Assembly (NCBI GenBank): GCA_964016885.1
Contig: OZ024743.1
Coordinates: 257,920,001-257,984,000 of the forward strand
Reading direction: 5' to 3'
Source of the DNA: Eledone cirrhosa
Lineage: Eukaryota
Length of the DNA stretch: 64,000 nucleotides
In this document: positions 40,689-54,666 of the stretch, one piece after another
How the letters are laid out: the number at the start of each line of letters is the position of its first letter
Position numbering within the stretch: the first letter of the stretch is position 1
Translations under genes and position numbers: made by a program
The notes under the pieces: generated by a model
Databases searched by the model: none
What the model was told of the DNA's origin: nothing
Seen by the model: only the letters and a program-made list of their open reading frames with translations

Positions 40689-43600
40689 TAAAATAACAGA
40701 TTAAAGTTGAAGCAAAGAATCGCTGCTTTCACCCTTAACGGGATCTTCTGAAACTAACAATCCGTGAACGCGGAAGTGAATATTTCAAAAAACGTTGCAA
40801 CCGGAAGATGACAGGAAGACGATACTTTGATTCGTGGAAACGTTCCCTGGCAAAGAACGGGAAAAAACGAATATAATACGTAATTATTTGGAGCGGTGAA
40901 AAACAATTACACGCAAAGACAAAACCACGTTTATGGTATAAAAGAAGTCGTAGACTAATATGGTGGTTCATAAAGACGTTCTCTGACAATGAACGGAAAA
41001 AACGAAGATAATACGTCATACGTGGAGCGTGGAGAACAATAGTACGCAAAGACAAAACCACGTAACTGGTATAACTGAAGTCGTAGACTAAAATTCTAAC
41101 TAGGAAACCGAATGATTCTCGGCTTCAGAGTTAAGAATAAAATACAGTGGTAATCGAAAATAAATAAAATACAGTGGTAATCGAAAATAAATAAATACAT
41201 ACACGCATCCATATACTCTCGGCTTCAGAGTTAAGAATAAAATACAGTGGTAATCGAAAATAAATAAAATACAGTGGTAATCGAAAATAAATAAATACAT
41301 ACACGCATCCATATACGTACACACACAAGCAAACGCGAAAACACTCGCCATAGGTATACAAATACACGCACGTACACGAAAAAAAACAAAAAAAAACCTG
41401 CACGCACATACAGAACCCATGCAACGCCTGTACCCGCACGCATACGAATGTATACACCAAATACACATAAAATTATATATAAAAATATACATATTAATAT
41501 ATATATGTGTGCGTTTGTATGCGTGTATACATATAATTAAATAAACGTATATAAATAAATACGTATATAACAAGCGCACACACATACCTACATGTAAATA
41601 CACATATGTTCGGAGACGAACGTCAACCAAAACACGAAGTACACATATACACACACCCTACATACGTACGAACCCGCATACTCACGCAGACGCAAAACTC
41701 ACGTATACACATAACCAAAAGCATATGTACCAGAATATATAATATATACACCAAAACACATACAATCAAATATACGTACCTTCACAAAACATACAGGTAA
41801 TATATACTTACCTATACAAATAAGTAATGGTATAAACATAACATATACTTAGCTACCACATCAAGACGTAAAATATCCGCGTATTGTTCGTACTATCCGT
41901 TCGGGTATAATGTGGGGCTGTAATACAGGAAAGTTTTGTGCAATTTATGTTTACAAGCCGAAATTGCCTCAGATTTTTTTATTTAAGATGTGGTCTTTGG
42001 CGTAGAGTATTTCCAGAGCCTCAGTGGCGCAGAGGTCACATGGTATTTTATTTCCGTTATACGATTTAGCCCTAGCTAGGATCTCCCAGTGTAACTTATA
42101 TTGGGTATGGTTTTCTTTTAGACTCCAGATATAAGCTGAAAGTGACGTCATATTCCTTCTTAAAGGGTAACGAAAAGAATTGGTATGCATGTAAAGACGC
42201 TGCTTGAATCTATTGGCGGTTAACCTATCTAGGCCCTACGGGATGTGGGTGTTTCAGCCTTACATTTGTAGACAATGTTACTAGAGAGGCATTTCCCGGA
42301 TAGGGGGAAGTCAACCCGATTCCTACAATTACAGTTAGTACTAACTACAGGGTTGCACGTGTTCCTACGGTTAGGTAGTTTAGCTAAATTTGAAGCTGTG
42401 ATGTTATGTGCAAGGTTAGGAGTCGTAGAGTAAGAAATTTTAATAGTATTTCTATTAAAAATGTTACTATATTTATGTGTAGGGGGAAAATGCTTCGTAG
42501 TAAAGGAGAGAAAGATCTTAGCTAATGGTGTGGCCACCTCCATATTATATGGTGGGTTATACCATATAATGCGTCGGGATCTATTTCTTCTAGGTCTATT
42601 CTCGTACTCTGTATATGCTACCTTATCGACAAATCCACTCCGAGCAAGAGCTTCATTGTAATATGTGGAATGGTCGTTGAAAATATGCTCGTTAGTAGAT
42701 AGACGGGAAAGCCTCAAAGGTTCTTGGTTATGCTGGCAGGATGGTTAGAAAACTTACTTATGTAATTAAGCGTATCATTCGGCTTTCTATACGGGTAATG
42801 AAAGCCATTTGATAAATTGAGGGTAACGTCGAGGTAATTAACGACAGAGAGGTTGGCCTCAACCAGTATGGAGAGGTTGAAGCCTTTAAAGAAGGCTGTG
42901 AGTTCTTTTCTGAACCTGTCGCAAGCACGTGGGCCGCACTTAGTCATGGTACAAACTACCGCCCACATTGGGAAATTCTTCCTTGATAGAGAAAAGAAGG
43001 AAAAGGCCGATAAGATCAGTAACCTCCGCAGAATCGCTGGCGCCCATACTCACGTCGAATGGGGTACTATTGGATTTTTTAATCCAAATAGAGTCGTCGA
43101 AATTAATCACCGACTTACGGGCATTGAGGATGACATCAACTTCGAAATCCTTAACCACTGTGAGTGTTTTAGCGAAATTGATAGCTCTAAGGAGAAGTGG
43201 TAACGTGACGGAGGAGTAGTAATTATTGATGTCGAATTGGATAAAACGGCAATGTTCCTTGTTGCATATGCCGTTGAACCAATCAATCACCACGAAAGAA
43301 TTGTTCCAGAGTGCATGCAAGAGGGGCCAAACTTCTAATTTCAGGTATAATTCTATCAAGAATCCTTTTACTAAGTCTACCTAAATCGGACTTCGTAGGG
43401 TTAATAAGCCGAATAGAAGGGTTGTTCGGAAAATTGGATTTGTGATCCTTCAGTGTAAAGTGGGGAGAAATAGGGTCCAGAGGTTCGGTCCGGTCCAGGA
43501 TGTTGAGATCAGAGGTGATTTTAAACCCAGTATCGTTGATTTCATTAATGATGCTCCGATTAGTTTTACGGTAATCCTTAGTTACGGCATTATGTATCAG

Positions 43601-44141
43601 TTGATGGTAAGTACTGCGCTCCACTTGATATAGATTGCCAGTTTTGTCGGAATGGACGTGCACGGCATTAGAATCCTTAATAGAACGAATTCTATTCTTA
43701 AGGTCCTGCTGGAAGGAATTGCTCCTATTCCGAAATTTGATACTCCGTATGAGTTCCAAGAATTCATTTTCGAAGGGTAGCAATGCTGGGTTACTCGGAG
43801 GGTTATTATAGGTTTTAAACCCAAATTTATCCTGTTTGTCGTCTGCTTTTCCCTGATTATCGAAATAAAAGGCACGCCAACGCAATCTTTTAATGAACGC
43901 GTCTGTTTTCTGTATCAGGAGTTTTAGGTATGTTTTCCTGCTTGGTACGGGTATGTTCTTCGTAGAAATATTCAGATGTTGTTTCTGCATGATGAATATA
44001 AGTCAATAGAGTGCTCAACCGAGGGGAGCCAAATATAATCTGTTATTTTAATATATATTTGCTCTATGGTTCTTATATATTTGATATATATTTATCCTTA
44101 TCGAGCCCTCTTTTGATTTTAGTCTTCACATTTATTATTAT

Positions 44142-44145
<4 letters not shown>
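40683..44145 (-). mobile_element. Naiad-type Penelope-like element, near full length, with an inverted 3' terminus at its 5' end (44036-44145)
   Basis: Disrupted ORF 43990-41893, 1.2 kb 3' UTR with an HHR at 40697-40764, and (TA)n on both flanks. Confidence 0.9.
41893..43990 (-). pseudogene. Naiad-type RT-GIY-YIG polyprotein with several frameshifts and a deletion in the catalytic motif
   Basis: STKNIPVPS..Y...LI.K...FIKRLRWRA, SDKT.NLY, TLKDHK.NF.NNP..RLINP.KS, FIQFDI.NYY.S, FDV.MG..D.AEV, LYHD*(YRDD lost), NYLDVTLNL, IIWYNPPY, CNC, NIVYKC, CDLC, LNKK/SEAISACKH. Confidence 0.9.
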
Positions 44146-44227
<82 letters not shown>

Positions 44228-44354
44228 TTCGTTTCTGAATTTGTTTAGCAAGATTCTTTGATATATGAATAAAGTGGCTATCTGAACAAACAAATGTTTT
44301 CAATTTCTTCCACTTCTCAATCTCCTCTAGCCTTATATTCTTTTATCTCATTCC

Positions 44355-44392
44355 ATCTTCTGATGAAGTACTATTGCCTGAAACATTAACAA
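44355..44392 (+). ncRNA. Decayed minimal hammerhead in PLE-tail remnant (about 44230-44480)
   Basis: CTGATGA agta-ctat-tgcct GAAAcatta; stems imperfect. Confidence 0.4.
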
Positions 44393-44514
44393 TCTTTTAC
44401 TACTATATCAAGTGTTAAACCAATACATACGTTTGTTGCAGTGTATTGTTTGCTTTGTTGTGTTCCATTTACTTTTCGCATATATATGCATATATATTAT
44501 AAAGAGTCAGGATC

Positions 44515-45900
44515 TAATGGCTGATCTCAGCCTAGTTTCCTCTATCTAGTGCATCTCCTTTACCCTTGTAACAGTTGTCAATGATGCTGCTGTGCGGGTC
44601 ATTTGATATGGTACCATTTAGTGTTACTTGGTTTACAATATGCGTGTTTAGGGTCTGACCCATCAAACCAAATGCTCTCAGCATCTCAGCAACTATCCCT
44701 GATGGACCAGCTGCTTTCCTGGTATTCATATCCTTAATTGCCTTACTTACTACACTGCTGCTGACTTGTATGACTGGGCCCTCTTGTGGGTCCACTTGGA
44801 GTAGGGTCTCTTTCTCCTATGTATTCTCCTCATTCAGTAATCTTTCATAATGGGTCTTCCATGCTACTTTCTTTTCAGCATCTGAGAGTGCAAGTGTGCC
44901 TTTATCATCAACAGGCACATTTCTAACCAATGACATCACAATTTTCTCTAACACACTGCTTCACAATCCTGAACACCTCCCATTTCTGGTCTTCATGCTG
45001 CAAAACATGCTTGAATTTTTCATCTTCTGCTTCCCTTCTTGCAAAGTATACTTGTCGCGTAGTTTCTTTCCTGGCCTCTATATAGTATATTCTGCTTACC
45101 CCATTCTTCCATTTTTTCCATGCCTGTCTCTTGGCCTTACTTGTCTCATCTACTTTATTGTTCCACAACCAAGTCACTCTCCTTCTCTGTGTAGCCCTGC
45201 TCCATTTGTAGGTCTGTTGCATTCAGCAGATTATCTTTCAGGCACTCCCAATGCTCTTATATATTGAATGTCTCCATTTATTCATCAAGCAAAATATCTC
45301 TAAATATGTTACTGGCTGAGGTCTCTTTCAACTTCCATACCTTTCTTCTCCAGGTTGCCTTCTGTTTCCAAGTTCGTCTAGCTCTGACATTGAGATCGCT
45401 AACTACTAGGTTATTTTGGGAGGTGCATTCTTTGCCAGGGAAGCCTTTAGTGTTTACAACTATTACTCCATCTCGTCTTCTGGTAAGGGTGAAATCTATC
45501 TGACTAGTATGCTCACCAGATCTATAGGTGCTTAGGTGGTTTGTTTGATTTTTTAAAAGTTTGTGTTACATATCGATAGGTCATTGGCATAGCAAAATTC
45601 TAGGAGCCTGAAACTTTCATTACTTGCACCACACTCATAGCCTCCATGGACTCTGTAGAAGCTGTCATAGTGTTTTCCAATGTATCCCTTAAAGTCCCCT
45701 GCATTAGGAAGTCATTGTCATTTGTTAGAGTAGTAGTGTGTATTAGGGACATGTGCATTAGGGACTCATAAAAGCTATCCTTGAATTCTTCTGACAACCT
45801 GGATTGGTGCGCATGAGCAGATATAATTGTAGCCATTGTTTTATTCAAGACTAGTGATTCTCACATTCATTCAGTTCACAGCAATTACCTTATTTACCCA
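44515..45900 (-). mobile_element. Decayed RTE LINE internal fragment (APE endonuclease to RT start)
   Basis: IISAHA.Q....EE.KD.FY, TWLWNN.V, AWKKWK, KAIKDM...KAAGPSGIVAEML, YKGKGDALDRGN. Confidence 0.85.
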
Positions 45901-45984
45901 TTTACCTTATTTACTCATATATATATATAAATAAAAGTAAGTAGGATTGAAGTCACTGTTGCAGCATATATATACATTTTTTAG

Positions 45985-46072
45985 CATATTACAATCATTT
46001 CATTATCAATCAGCTCAGAGTACAATCATAATTACTGGGGCCAGACTCTTCTTTGATATTTCATCAGCTATG
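45985..46072 (-). ncRNA. Partly decayed type I hammerhead with long stem II insert
   Basis: catag CTGATGA aatatcaa-[~42 nt]-ttgataat GAA atgattgt A atatg. Stem III looks like a CpG-decayed ACGATCGT palindrome. Confidence 0.55.
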
Positions 46073-47084
46073 TGAGTTTATATGTGCAAAACATTCAAGT
46101 AGCTTGAATGTGTCTTTGTTTAACTTTTTCTGCATAACCAGCAGTTTCAATACATAAACATGCTTGTCCCATCAGATGCCAGTAAATAAGTAAAGGCCTC
46201 CATTGGTTGGTTCAGATCCCATGATGGTGTTGATAAATAGGTAAGATCACTTGAATAAACCAATTGAGAAATATAGGTGACACATTGATGATGTTTACTT
46301 TTACAGATAATTTAAGTTTCATACCAATTAATAATCAATAAAATAAAGAACTCAACTTAAAAAAACAAATACAGGGTTCTATATGATCAACAAAAATCCT
46401 TCGAAGTGGTGCCTCAGTATGACTACAGTTTGACTGAAAAGGTTTATGTCTGATAAGTTAGCAGTTCGACAATAAAAGATAGATAAAATATAGAACCAGA
46501 ATTGAGAAACAAGTACAGAGTTTTATGTAATCTATATATATGTCTTTGACTTCAATTCCATTGAGGTGTTGCCCCCAGTACAGCTGTAATATAATGGCTG
46601 AAAATATTTGCCTTGTAATGCAATTTAACAAAAAAGATTGATAAAATAAACACCTTTTAATGGGGAAAACAAACATCAAACAAGGATAGCAATTATGATG
46701 ATGACTTGAAAAACAAATACAGGGTTTGGTATGATGGCTTAAAATACCATCAAGGTAGTGTTCCAGCATGGCCAAAGTCTAATGACAGAAACCAGTAGAA
46801 GAATAAAAGAAAAAGGATATAAATTAAAATTATTGACAGGCATTGACATGACTTATTTTAACACTGTTTTTGTTATGAATCCATCTTCCTTCTCTCCTTG
46901 TCCTGGATTCTTCTATTTATGTGTCTCACCTTGTAGATATATTTAGTTGCTATAAGAATGTTTATTTTAGTGTATTAGAGATGTGTATATATGATTTATA
47001 TTATCTTTACATTATACACTAATGCATTTGCGAGTTTATCTGAGTATATGACACTGGCTGGTGGACATTATATGTATGTATTCG

Positions 47085-47260
47085 ATGGTGGATTGGCAGT
47101 ATCGGTAGAGAGTCTGACACCATGCTTTCCAGCATAGTTACGTCCCTTTACAGTCTGAGTTCAAATCCTGCCGAGGTTAACTTTGCCTTTCATCCTTACG
47201 GGGTCGATAAAATAAAGTACGGGTTAATTGCTGGCCTTGTGCCAAAAGTAGAAACAATTA
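47085..47260 (+). mobile_element. tRNA-derived SINE family B
   Basis: ggtggattggcagtatcggtag A-box, gagttcaaatcc B-box and gcctttcatcctt..ggtcgataaa. Confidence 0.85.
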
Positions 47261-49345
47261 TATGTATGTATGTATTAAAGTTTATATATGTCTGTGCGTG
47301 TGTGTGTGTACACCTGTGTGAGTGTATGTGTTGATATTTGTGTTTGTATGTATATCTAAATATTACTGTTTGTGTATGTCTGTCCATGTATGTTTATATA
47401 TATATGTGTGTGTGTGCATGTGCAGAAAACTATTAATGTATGTCATTGTATGTATATGTCATTGTATGTTAATGTTATGTTCATATGACTGTATATGCAT
47501 GCCTGTCCATGTCTGTGTGTGTGTGTGTATTAATATTTATGTTTATGTTTGGATATGTGCCTGTTTGTATGTCTGTGTATGGATGTATGTCTATCTCTGT
47601 GCATCAATGTATGTATGCACGTGTCTGTGTGTATGTCTGTATATGTGTGTGTATGTATGTTTCCATATGTCTGTGTGTGTATGTATGTCTGCTTCTATGT
47701 GTGTCTATGTATGTATGTGCGTGTAAACTACCATAAAAACAAATGACTTCTTCTTTTCTATTATTTGAAGCCACCATGCCATACAGCCATACACTCTTCA
47801 TTGCTGTAACAATTGATGTCATTGTAAGAAGAGCATTGTTGTTGTTGTTATGATTGTTGCTATCAATGTAATTGTTGTTATTGTTGTCTTTCTTGTTATC
47901 AATGTTGTTGTTCTCATCAATGTTGTTGTTCTCATCAATGTTGTTGTTCTCATCATTGTTGTTGTTGTCGTCATCTGTCTCATCATCATCATCATCAGTG
48001 TTCTTGTCATCGTCATGTCTTCATCATCATTGTCGTCAGATATCAACTTCAACAGAACATTGACGCAGCTTGGTACAACACTCAATGTAGCAACACACAC
48101 AATAAAATTAAATGGAAATAGCAAAGATAGTTGTGGAAGAAAACAGGATCCAATCTCGATCCAAGATTCTGTAGAATATTCCGAATTCAATATTCTCTTG
48201 CAGAGAATGTCATGTTTACATATGATAAAACAAACTAATGCGGATTTCTTGTCTCATTTCTATGTTTTGGTTTGTTATTGTTGTTTTTCTTTAAAACATG
48301 GCAGATGTTTCTAAACATAGATTGCAAAGAATTTCTCTTTGGTAACTGACGGAAGAAAGAAATAGTATCTTTGGAGTAGTTTTCCTGCTATGTCATCATC
48401 ATCGTCATCATCATCATATATCTATTTTTTATTCAGGCATGGGCTAGATAGGTTTTCAAGGTCTGATATTAGGTGAGACAAAAACCATGTCATTTTTACA
48501 GGTTTTTATACTTTGTACAGGGTTCATTTTAATACGGTACCAGCACTAACACTTTACCGAGTGGACTGAGTGATTTTTACTGTGGCAACAATCAAACACT
48601 TACAGAGTGTACTAGGTATCATGGCACCAGCCCTATGACTTTAGTGGGATTTTACCTCTCTCTCTATATATATATGACACAACTTCCCATGTGCATGAGC
48701 TGAAGCAACATCTCTAGTATGCACCACTTCTCCCCCTTGCCCCATGTATTCTCCTCAAATATCTTAACACTCCACTGTTCAACCTACTTCACCAATCTCC
48801 ACCCTATATACATGAATCCTCCCACTCCACTCTCACTCCCCACATCTGATGCCACATCTCTTGACCAACCCATATATACAAGCATAGCAAGCAAAACACG
48901 CTCTCCCACAATGCTACTGAAATGGCTAAAAGCTTTCAATCATTCCTTTAAGTTAGTAATCTTTATGTCACAACAAATGAGCCTAGTCCCCATGTAAGGT
49001 GCTCATGTAGATGCCATGACAAAAAGCGCACCTAGTCCCCCCACACACCCACTGTAAGGTGGGCCTCCCTGCATGAGGGAGACATGACAAATATGTCCCA
49101 CAATCCAGTCTGCAAAGTTGTCATGTTGGTGACATGACGGGAGGCACCCAGCCTACTCTTCCACTCTGTAAAGTGGTCATGATGGTGACAAACAAAAAGC
49201 ACCGAGCCCAATCTTGGTGACACATGACGTTAACATGACAAAGAGCATCCAGCCCAATCTTGTTGACCCATGACTGTGACACAACAGAAAGCACCCAACC
49301 CACACTGTAAAGAGGTCATTTTGGTGACATGATAAAAAGCATCCA

Positions 49346-49725
49346 ATCATCATCATTTTATGTCCGCTTTTCCCTGCTTACAAGGGTGGGGCGGGAACTG
49401 ATTCTGGCTTGATTTCTACAGCTGGATGCCCTTCCTAACACCAACCTCATTTACAGTGAGCGATGGGTGCTTTTTTTCGTGGCGCCTACGCAACCACTTT
49501 ACAGTGTGGGCTGGGTGCTTTTTTGCCGTGGCACCTCCATGACCACTTTGCAGTGGAATGATAGGGATCCCAGTCCCTATCATCTCATTTCTACAGCTGA
49601 ATAAACTGGAGCAATGTGAAATAAAGTGTCTTGCTCAAGGAAACAACACATCACCCGGTCTGAGAATTGAACTCACAACCTTTCGATTGCAAGGCCAATA
49701 CTCTAACCACTAAGCCATGTGCCTC
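49346..49725 (-). mobile_element. SINE family A, full length
   Basis: Reverse complement of the 9997 and 52228 copies; adjacent 48990-49345 has tandem decayed internal subrepeats. Confidence 0.85.
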
Positions 49726-50538
49726 CATCAACACCGTAAATATGGTTGACATTAGGAAGGGCATCCAGCCATAGAAACCAAGCCAGAAACATTTTTGTAT
49801 GATCAAGACACTGTCATCTGATTTGACCAGTCTCACAATGGGACAACTTGTCTGACCCATGCTGGCTTGAAAAAGTGGACATTAAATGATGATGCTGCTG
49901 TTGATGATGTGTATATATATGTGTGTATGTATATATATATATATGTTATGTGTCATAGAAAGCAAACAGAAGCAATTTCCAAACAACATTAACATTACCA
50001 AGCATATTGAAATAGTATTCGGACAGACACAGTAATATGTTGACAAAGTCCTAGCTAAAGTACATTGATAACGTATCTCACATATCATTCCTCAGTGAAT
50101 AGAAAGTGAATGGTGGAAGGCAGATTATTTCGTGCATGAGCTGAGTCAATCAGGTTGTTCAATTACTGCTTCGGTAATCATTTCATCAGATGGAAACATA
50201 TTGTTTGGGGCCATGTGTATAACAACAAGTCAGTGATAAATATCCTGAAACTTTAGTTAATCACTTACCACGCTGTTTCATTTGATTAGGGGTTTGATAA
50301 TGACCCCAAAATAGAGAATCACTTTACAAAATGACCATAAACTCATTCGTTGCATTCAGTTGACAACATGTTAGAAGTTCTCACATTGTCTTTCTACCTG
50401 GATTGTTTATTGGCATCAAATTCAAAAACAATGCTCTAGTGTGTCTGTATATGCTTCCTTGTGTGTGTGTCTATTCTGTAATAGCAGTATACCATATGTA
50501 TGTATTTTTCTGCATTTACATTGAATGCATGCATGAGT

Positions 50539-50572
<34 letters not shown>

Positions 50573-50668
50573 TATAGATATACATACATAGACATACACA
50601 TACATACATATATATATATAGAGAGAGAGAGAAAGATACATGCATAGACACACACATATACATGTATT

Positions 50669-50748
<80 letters not shown>

Positions 50749-50793
50749 TATTTATATATAAATATATTTATATATATATAAATATATATATAA

Positions 50794-50825
<32 letters not shown>

Positions 50826-50922
50826 AAATATATTTATATATAAATATATATATATATATTTATATATATATATAAATATATTTATATATAAATATATTTA
50901 ATAAATGATGATGATGATGATG

Positions 50923-50954
<32 letters not shown>

Positions 50955-50980
50955 AAATATATTTATATATAAATATATTT

Positions 50981-51012
<32 letters not shown>

Positions 51013-51069
51013 TTATATATATATTTATATATATTTATATATATATTTATATATATATATAAATATATT

Positions 51070-51108
<39 letters not shown>

Positions 51109-51112
<4 letters not shown>

Positions 51113-51456
51113 TCATCATCATCATCATTTCATTTTACGTCTGCTTTTTCCCTGCTTGCAAGGGTGGGATGGGAACTGATTCTGGCTTGATTTCTACAGC
51201 TGGATGCCCTTCCTAACACCAACCTCATTTACAGTGAGCGCTGGGTGCTTTTTTGCCGGGGCACCTCCACGGCCACTTTGCAGTGGAATGATATGGACCC
51301 CAGTCCCTATCATCTCATTTCTACAGCTTAGTAAACTGGAGCAATGTGAAATAAAGTGTCTTGCTCAAGGAAACAACACATCACCTGGTCTGAGAATTGA
51401 ACTCACAACCTTTCGATTGCAAGGCCAATGCTCTAACCCCTAAGCTATGTGCCTCC
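51109..51456 (-). mobile_element. SINE family A, full length
   Basis: Same sequence landmarks as the other family A copies. Confidence 0.85.
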
Positions 51457-51473
51457 ATATATATATATATATT

Positions 51474-51504
<31 letters not shown>

Positions 51505-52227
51505 AAATATATTTATATATATATATATATATACATTTATATATATATATACATATAGGTTGTATAAATGTACGTGAATGTTTTATTTTGTATGTATGTT
51601 TGTATGATGTATATATGCATGTATGTGTATATGTAAGTATGGATGTATATGTATGCATGTATGTGTATATGTATGTATGCATGTACATATGTATGTATGT
51701 ATTTACACACATATAAGTATGTGTGTGCGCTTTTGTATGTTAGTGTGAACAGAAGACTTGAGTCAAGAATATGTTTTGTGTGTACATGAACATGCACATG
51801 TGTACACAAGCATACACACCAAGTTCCTGTTACCAATTTACACGTTATTACTTATGTGTTACTGCATGTGTGAATACACAGCTGCTCATGTTAGTATGCC
51901 AGTTCATATGTGTGTGTGAGCATATAAAATAGCACAGGGCTAATATACACATTTAATCCATATGTGTAAAATATGAATGTACTGTGTAGACATGACACTT
52001 AAACACACACACACACACACACCAGACACCACACACACGCACACATACACACACACATACACGCACCTACACACGCACACACACGTGCGCACGCACATAC
52101 ACACGCATGCACGCACGCACACACACACACATACACAAAGAATCACCTATTATTATTAAATGATTTAAGGAGTACCAACATACATGCCTCAATGTTTTTT
52201 CTACAACTCTCTCTCTCTATATATATA

Positions 52228-52560
52228 TGGATTAGTGGTTAGAGCATTGGCCTTGCAATCGAAAGGTTGTGAGCTCAATTCTCAGACCGGGTGTTGTGTT
52301 GTTTCCTTGAGCAAGACACTTTATTTCACATTGCTCCAGTTTACTCAGCTGTAGAAATGAGATGATAGTGACTGGAGTCCCTATCATTCCACTGCAAAGT
52401 GGTCATGGAGGTGCCACGCCAAAAAAGCACCCAGCCCACACTTTAAACGAGGTTGGTGTTAGGAAGCGCATCCAGCTGTAGAAATCAAGCCAGAATCAGT
52501 TCCCGTCCCACCCTTGCAAGCAGGGAAAAGCGAATGTAAAATGATGATGATGATGATGAT
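52228..52560 (+). mobile_element. SINE family A, near full length
   Basis: Same landmarks and a (TGA)n tail. Confidence 0.85.
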
Positions 52561-53844
52561 TATATATATATATATATATTGATGTGTGTTTATGTATTGT
52601 TGATGTGATAGTTGAATACATTTATACATTTATGTCAGCTCATATATATGCATTTGTATGTACATTCTGAAGGCAATGGCCTAGTGGTTAGGGTGTTGTA
52701 CAAATGATCATAATGTTATGGGTTTAATTCCTGGACCAGGTGGTGCATTCTGATCTCGAGCAAAACAATTTCATTTTGCTCCAGCACAATCAGTTACAAA
52801 TGGGTATCGACAATAGCTGGAGATTATGCTTGTGATGGACAGATGTCATGTTCAATGGGGAGTCTGTACTCTGTCATTTAATGTTGATTGAAATGGGATA
52901 AATACCAGTCTGGTGGACCCCCAACACTTTAATTTATATATATGTATATATATATAAGTGTGTGTGTGTGTGTAATCGTGAGCCTAAACTACATTTTCTT
53001 TACAAAAATACATGTTTATCTGAACATTTGCTTTCAAAATGTCTTCAAAATCCAAACACTAAGAACTTTTCTTTGAAAACAATTCACCACCTTAAACCTT
53101 TAGCATTTAAACTGGCCACATCCAGCCAAAATCACTCACCTTTTCTGTTTAAACTGGCCATAATTGGCTACCGATACCTACATTAAGGTATTATTCTCAA
53201 AATAAATAACATCAAAATCTCAACGATTCAATATAATGTGAGATAATTATGTAAGATAAAGCCTTTACTACAAATTACAATAGTATATATAGAGTAATGT
53301 AAGTGTTAAAGGGTTAAAGTAGAAAAGTTCAATGTCAGCTCTAATTTGGAAAGCAAATCTATTACCAAGAATATTTACCAATGATATTCAATTTATTCTC
53401 TTTAAAGAAATATCAACTTCCTGTTAGAGTTTTGATAGAAATATGTGGACAAGGGGACGATACTTTGTTATATAGGCATTTCTCACAGCTCCTATTGATT
53501 TCTAGAAACATATTTAATGCCATCATTTCCACTTCAAATTTAACTATTAATCCTTTTGATACCAAAATACCTGAAACTGCTCCTGGATCTACTGATAAAA
53601 AACTGTTTGTTTCAAAGTGTTTATATTTGTGTAAAATTTTTCCTTATCGTTTTGTGTAAGAATCTTGATGTTCCACACACCAGATTAATAATGAGATTGT
53701 TAGTTACATTACTAAGTCTCTCCAAATCCCTGCTTATTTTTCAAATTATTTGAAAAGCATATTCATTTTTCATTAGAAGTATGGCAACAAAAGGTTTTGA
53801 GTTTTTATACTTATCTAAATCCCTTGCATTATAATTATATTTAT

Positions 53845-54035
53845 GAGGCGGTGGATTGGCTGTATCAGTATAGGGTCAGACGCCATGCTTTGCAGCAAAG
53901 AGTTACGGCCCTTTATGGCCTGAGTTCAAATCCGGCCGAGGTTAACTTTGCCTTTCATCCTTACAGGTTCGATAAAATAAAGTACCAGTAATACACTGGG
54001 ATAATTGCTGGCCTTGTGCCAAAAGTAGAAACAAT
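53845..54035 (+). mobile_element. SINE family B
   Basis: Colinear with 47085-47260. Confidence 0.85.
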
Positions 54036-54626
54036 TGTAATTATATTTATGAACCAGTATGTCCCAAACACCAGCTTAACTCAATAAGTTTCAGCAGAAA
54101 ATATTTAAAAACAGATTTGTTAATTCAAATATTGATAGATCATTGTAAAAATGTATAGTTTAATTAAAATATAAACTTGGACTTTTAATGTGATGCAGTC
54201 ATAGTGTTGCTTAGTACTTTATAAGAATGTCTTGCATTTGTGGTTTTATGCGGTATAGAATGTTAAGAGTTAATGAGAAGTTTGTTATAGTTCTAAATCT
54301 CTCCAAATTATTTAAAAATCAGAGATGGCGTCTTTTATTAAAAATATGGTAATTGAAGGATTACTGGTACAAATATCTGACATACTCAAACATTTACCAT
54401 ACAAAGATTAAGAAGTTCCATTATTTGAACCATTGGTACCTGCCTTAAGTGTAGAAATCATTTGCAAGATCCATTTAAGCATTATTTTTATGTTATATGT
54501 ATGTGGGTGTATTGTCCCACATATATGCTGATGTATGTATGTGTCAATTTATGCATGTATATATGTGCATATATATGTCTATGTATGTATATGTGCACTG
54601 TTGTACACACGATATATAAATGTGTG

Positions 54627-54666
<40 letters not shown>

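Noticed and set aside
41893-43990. Selenoprotein-type Naiad (UGA recoding plus SECIS)
   Set aside because: The breaks I examined are frameshifts or TAG/TAA. The Cys-knuckle positions are Cys or Phe, not UGA. The ATGAC motifs in the UTR duplication lack SECIS pairing.
50165-50200. Minus-strand CTGATGA...GAAG motif (and a similar one near 26515)
   Set aside because: No intact GAAA or stem II; could be chance
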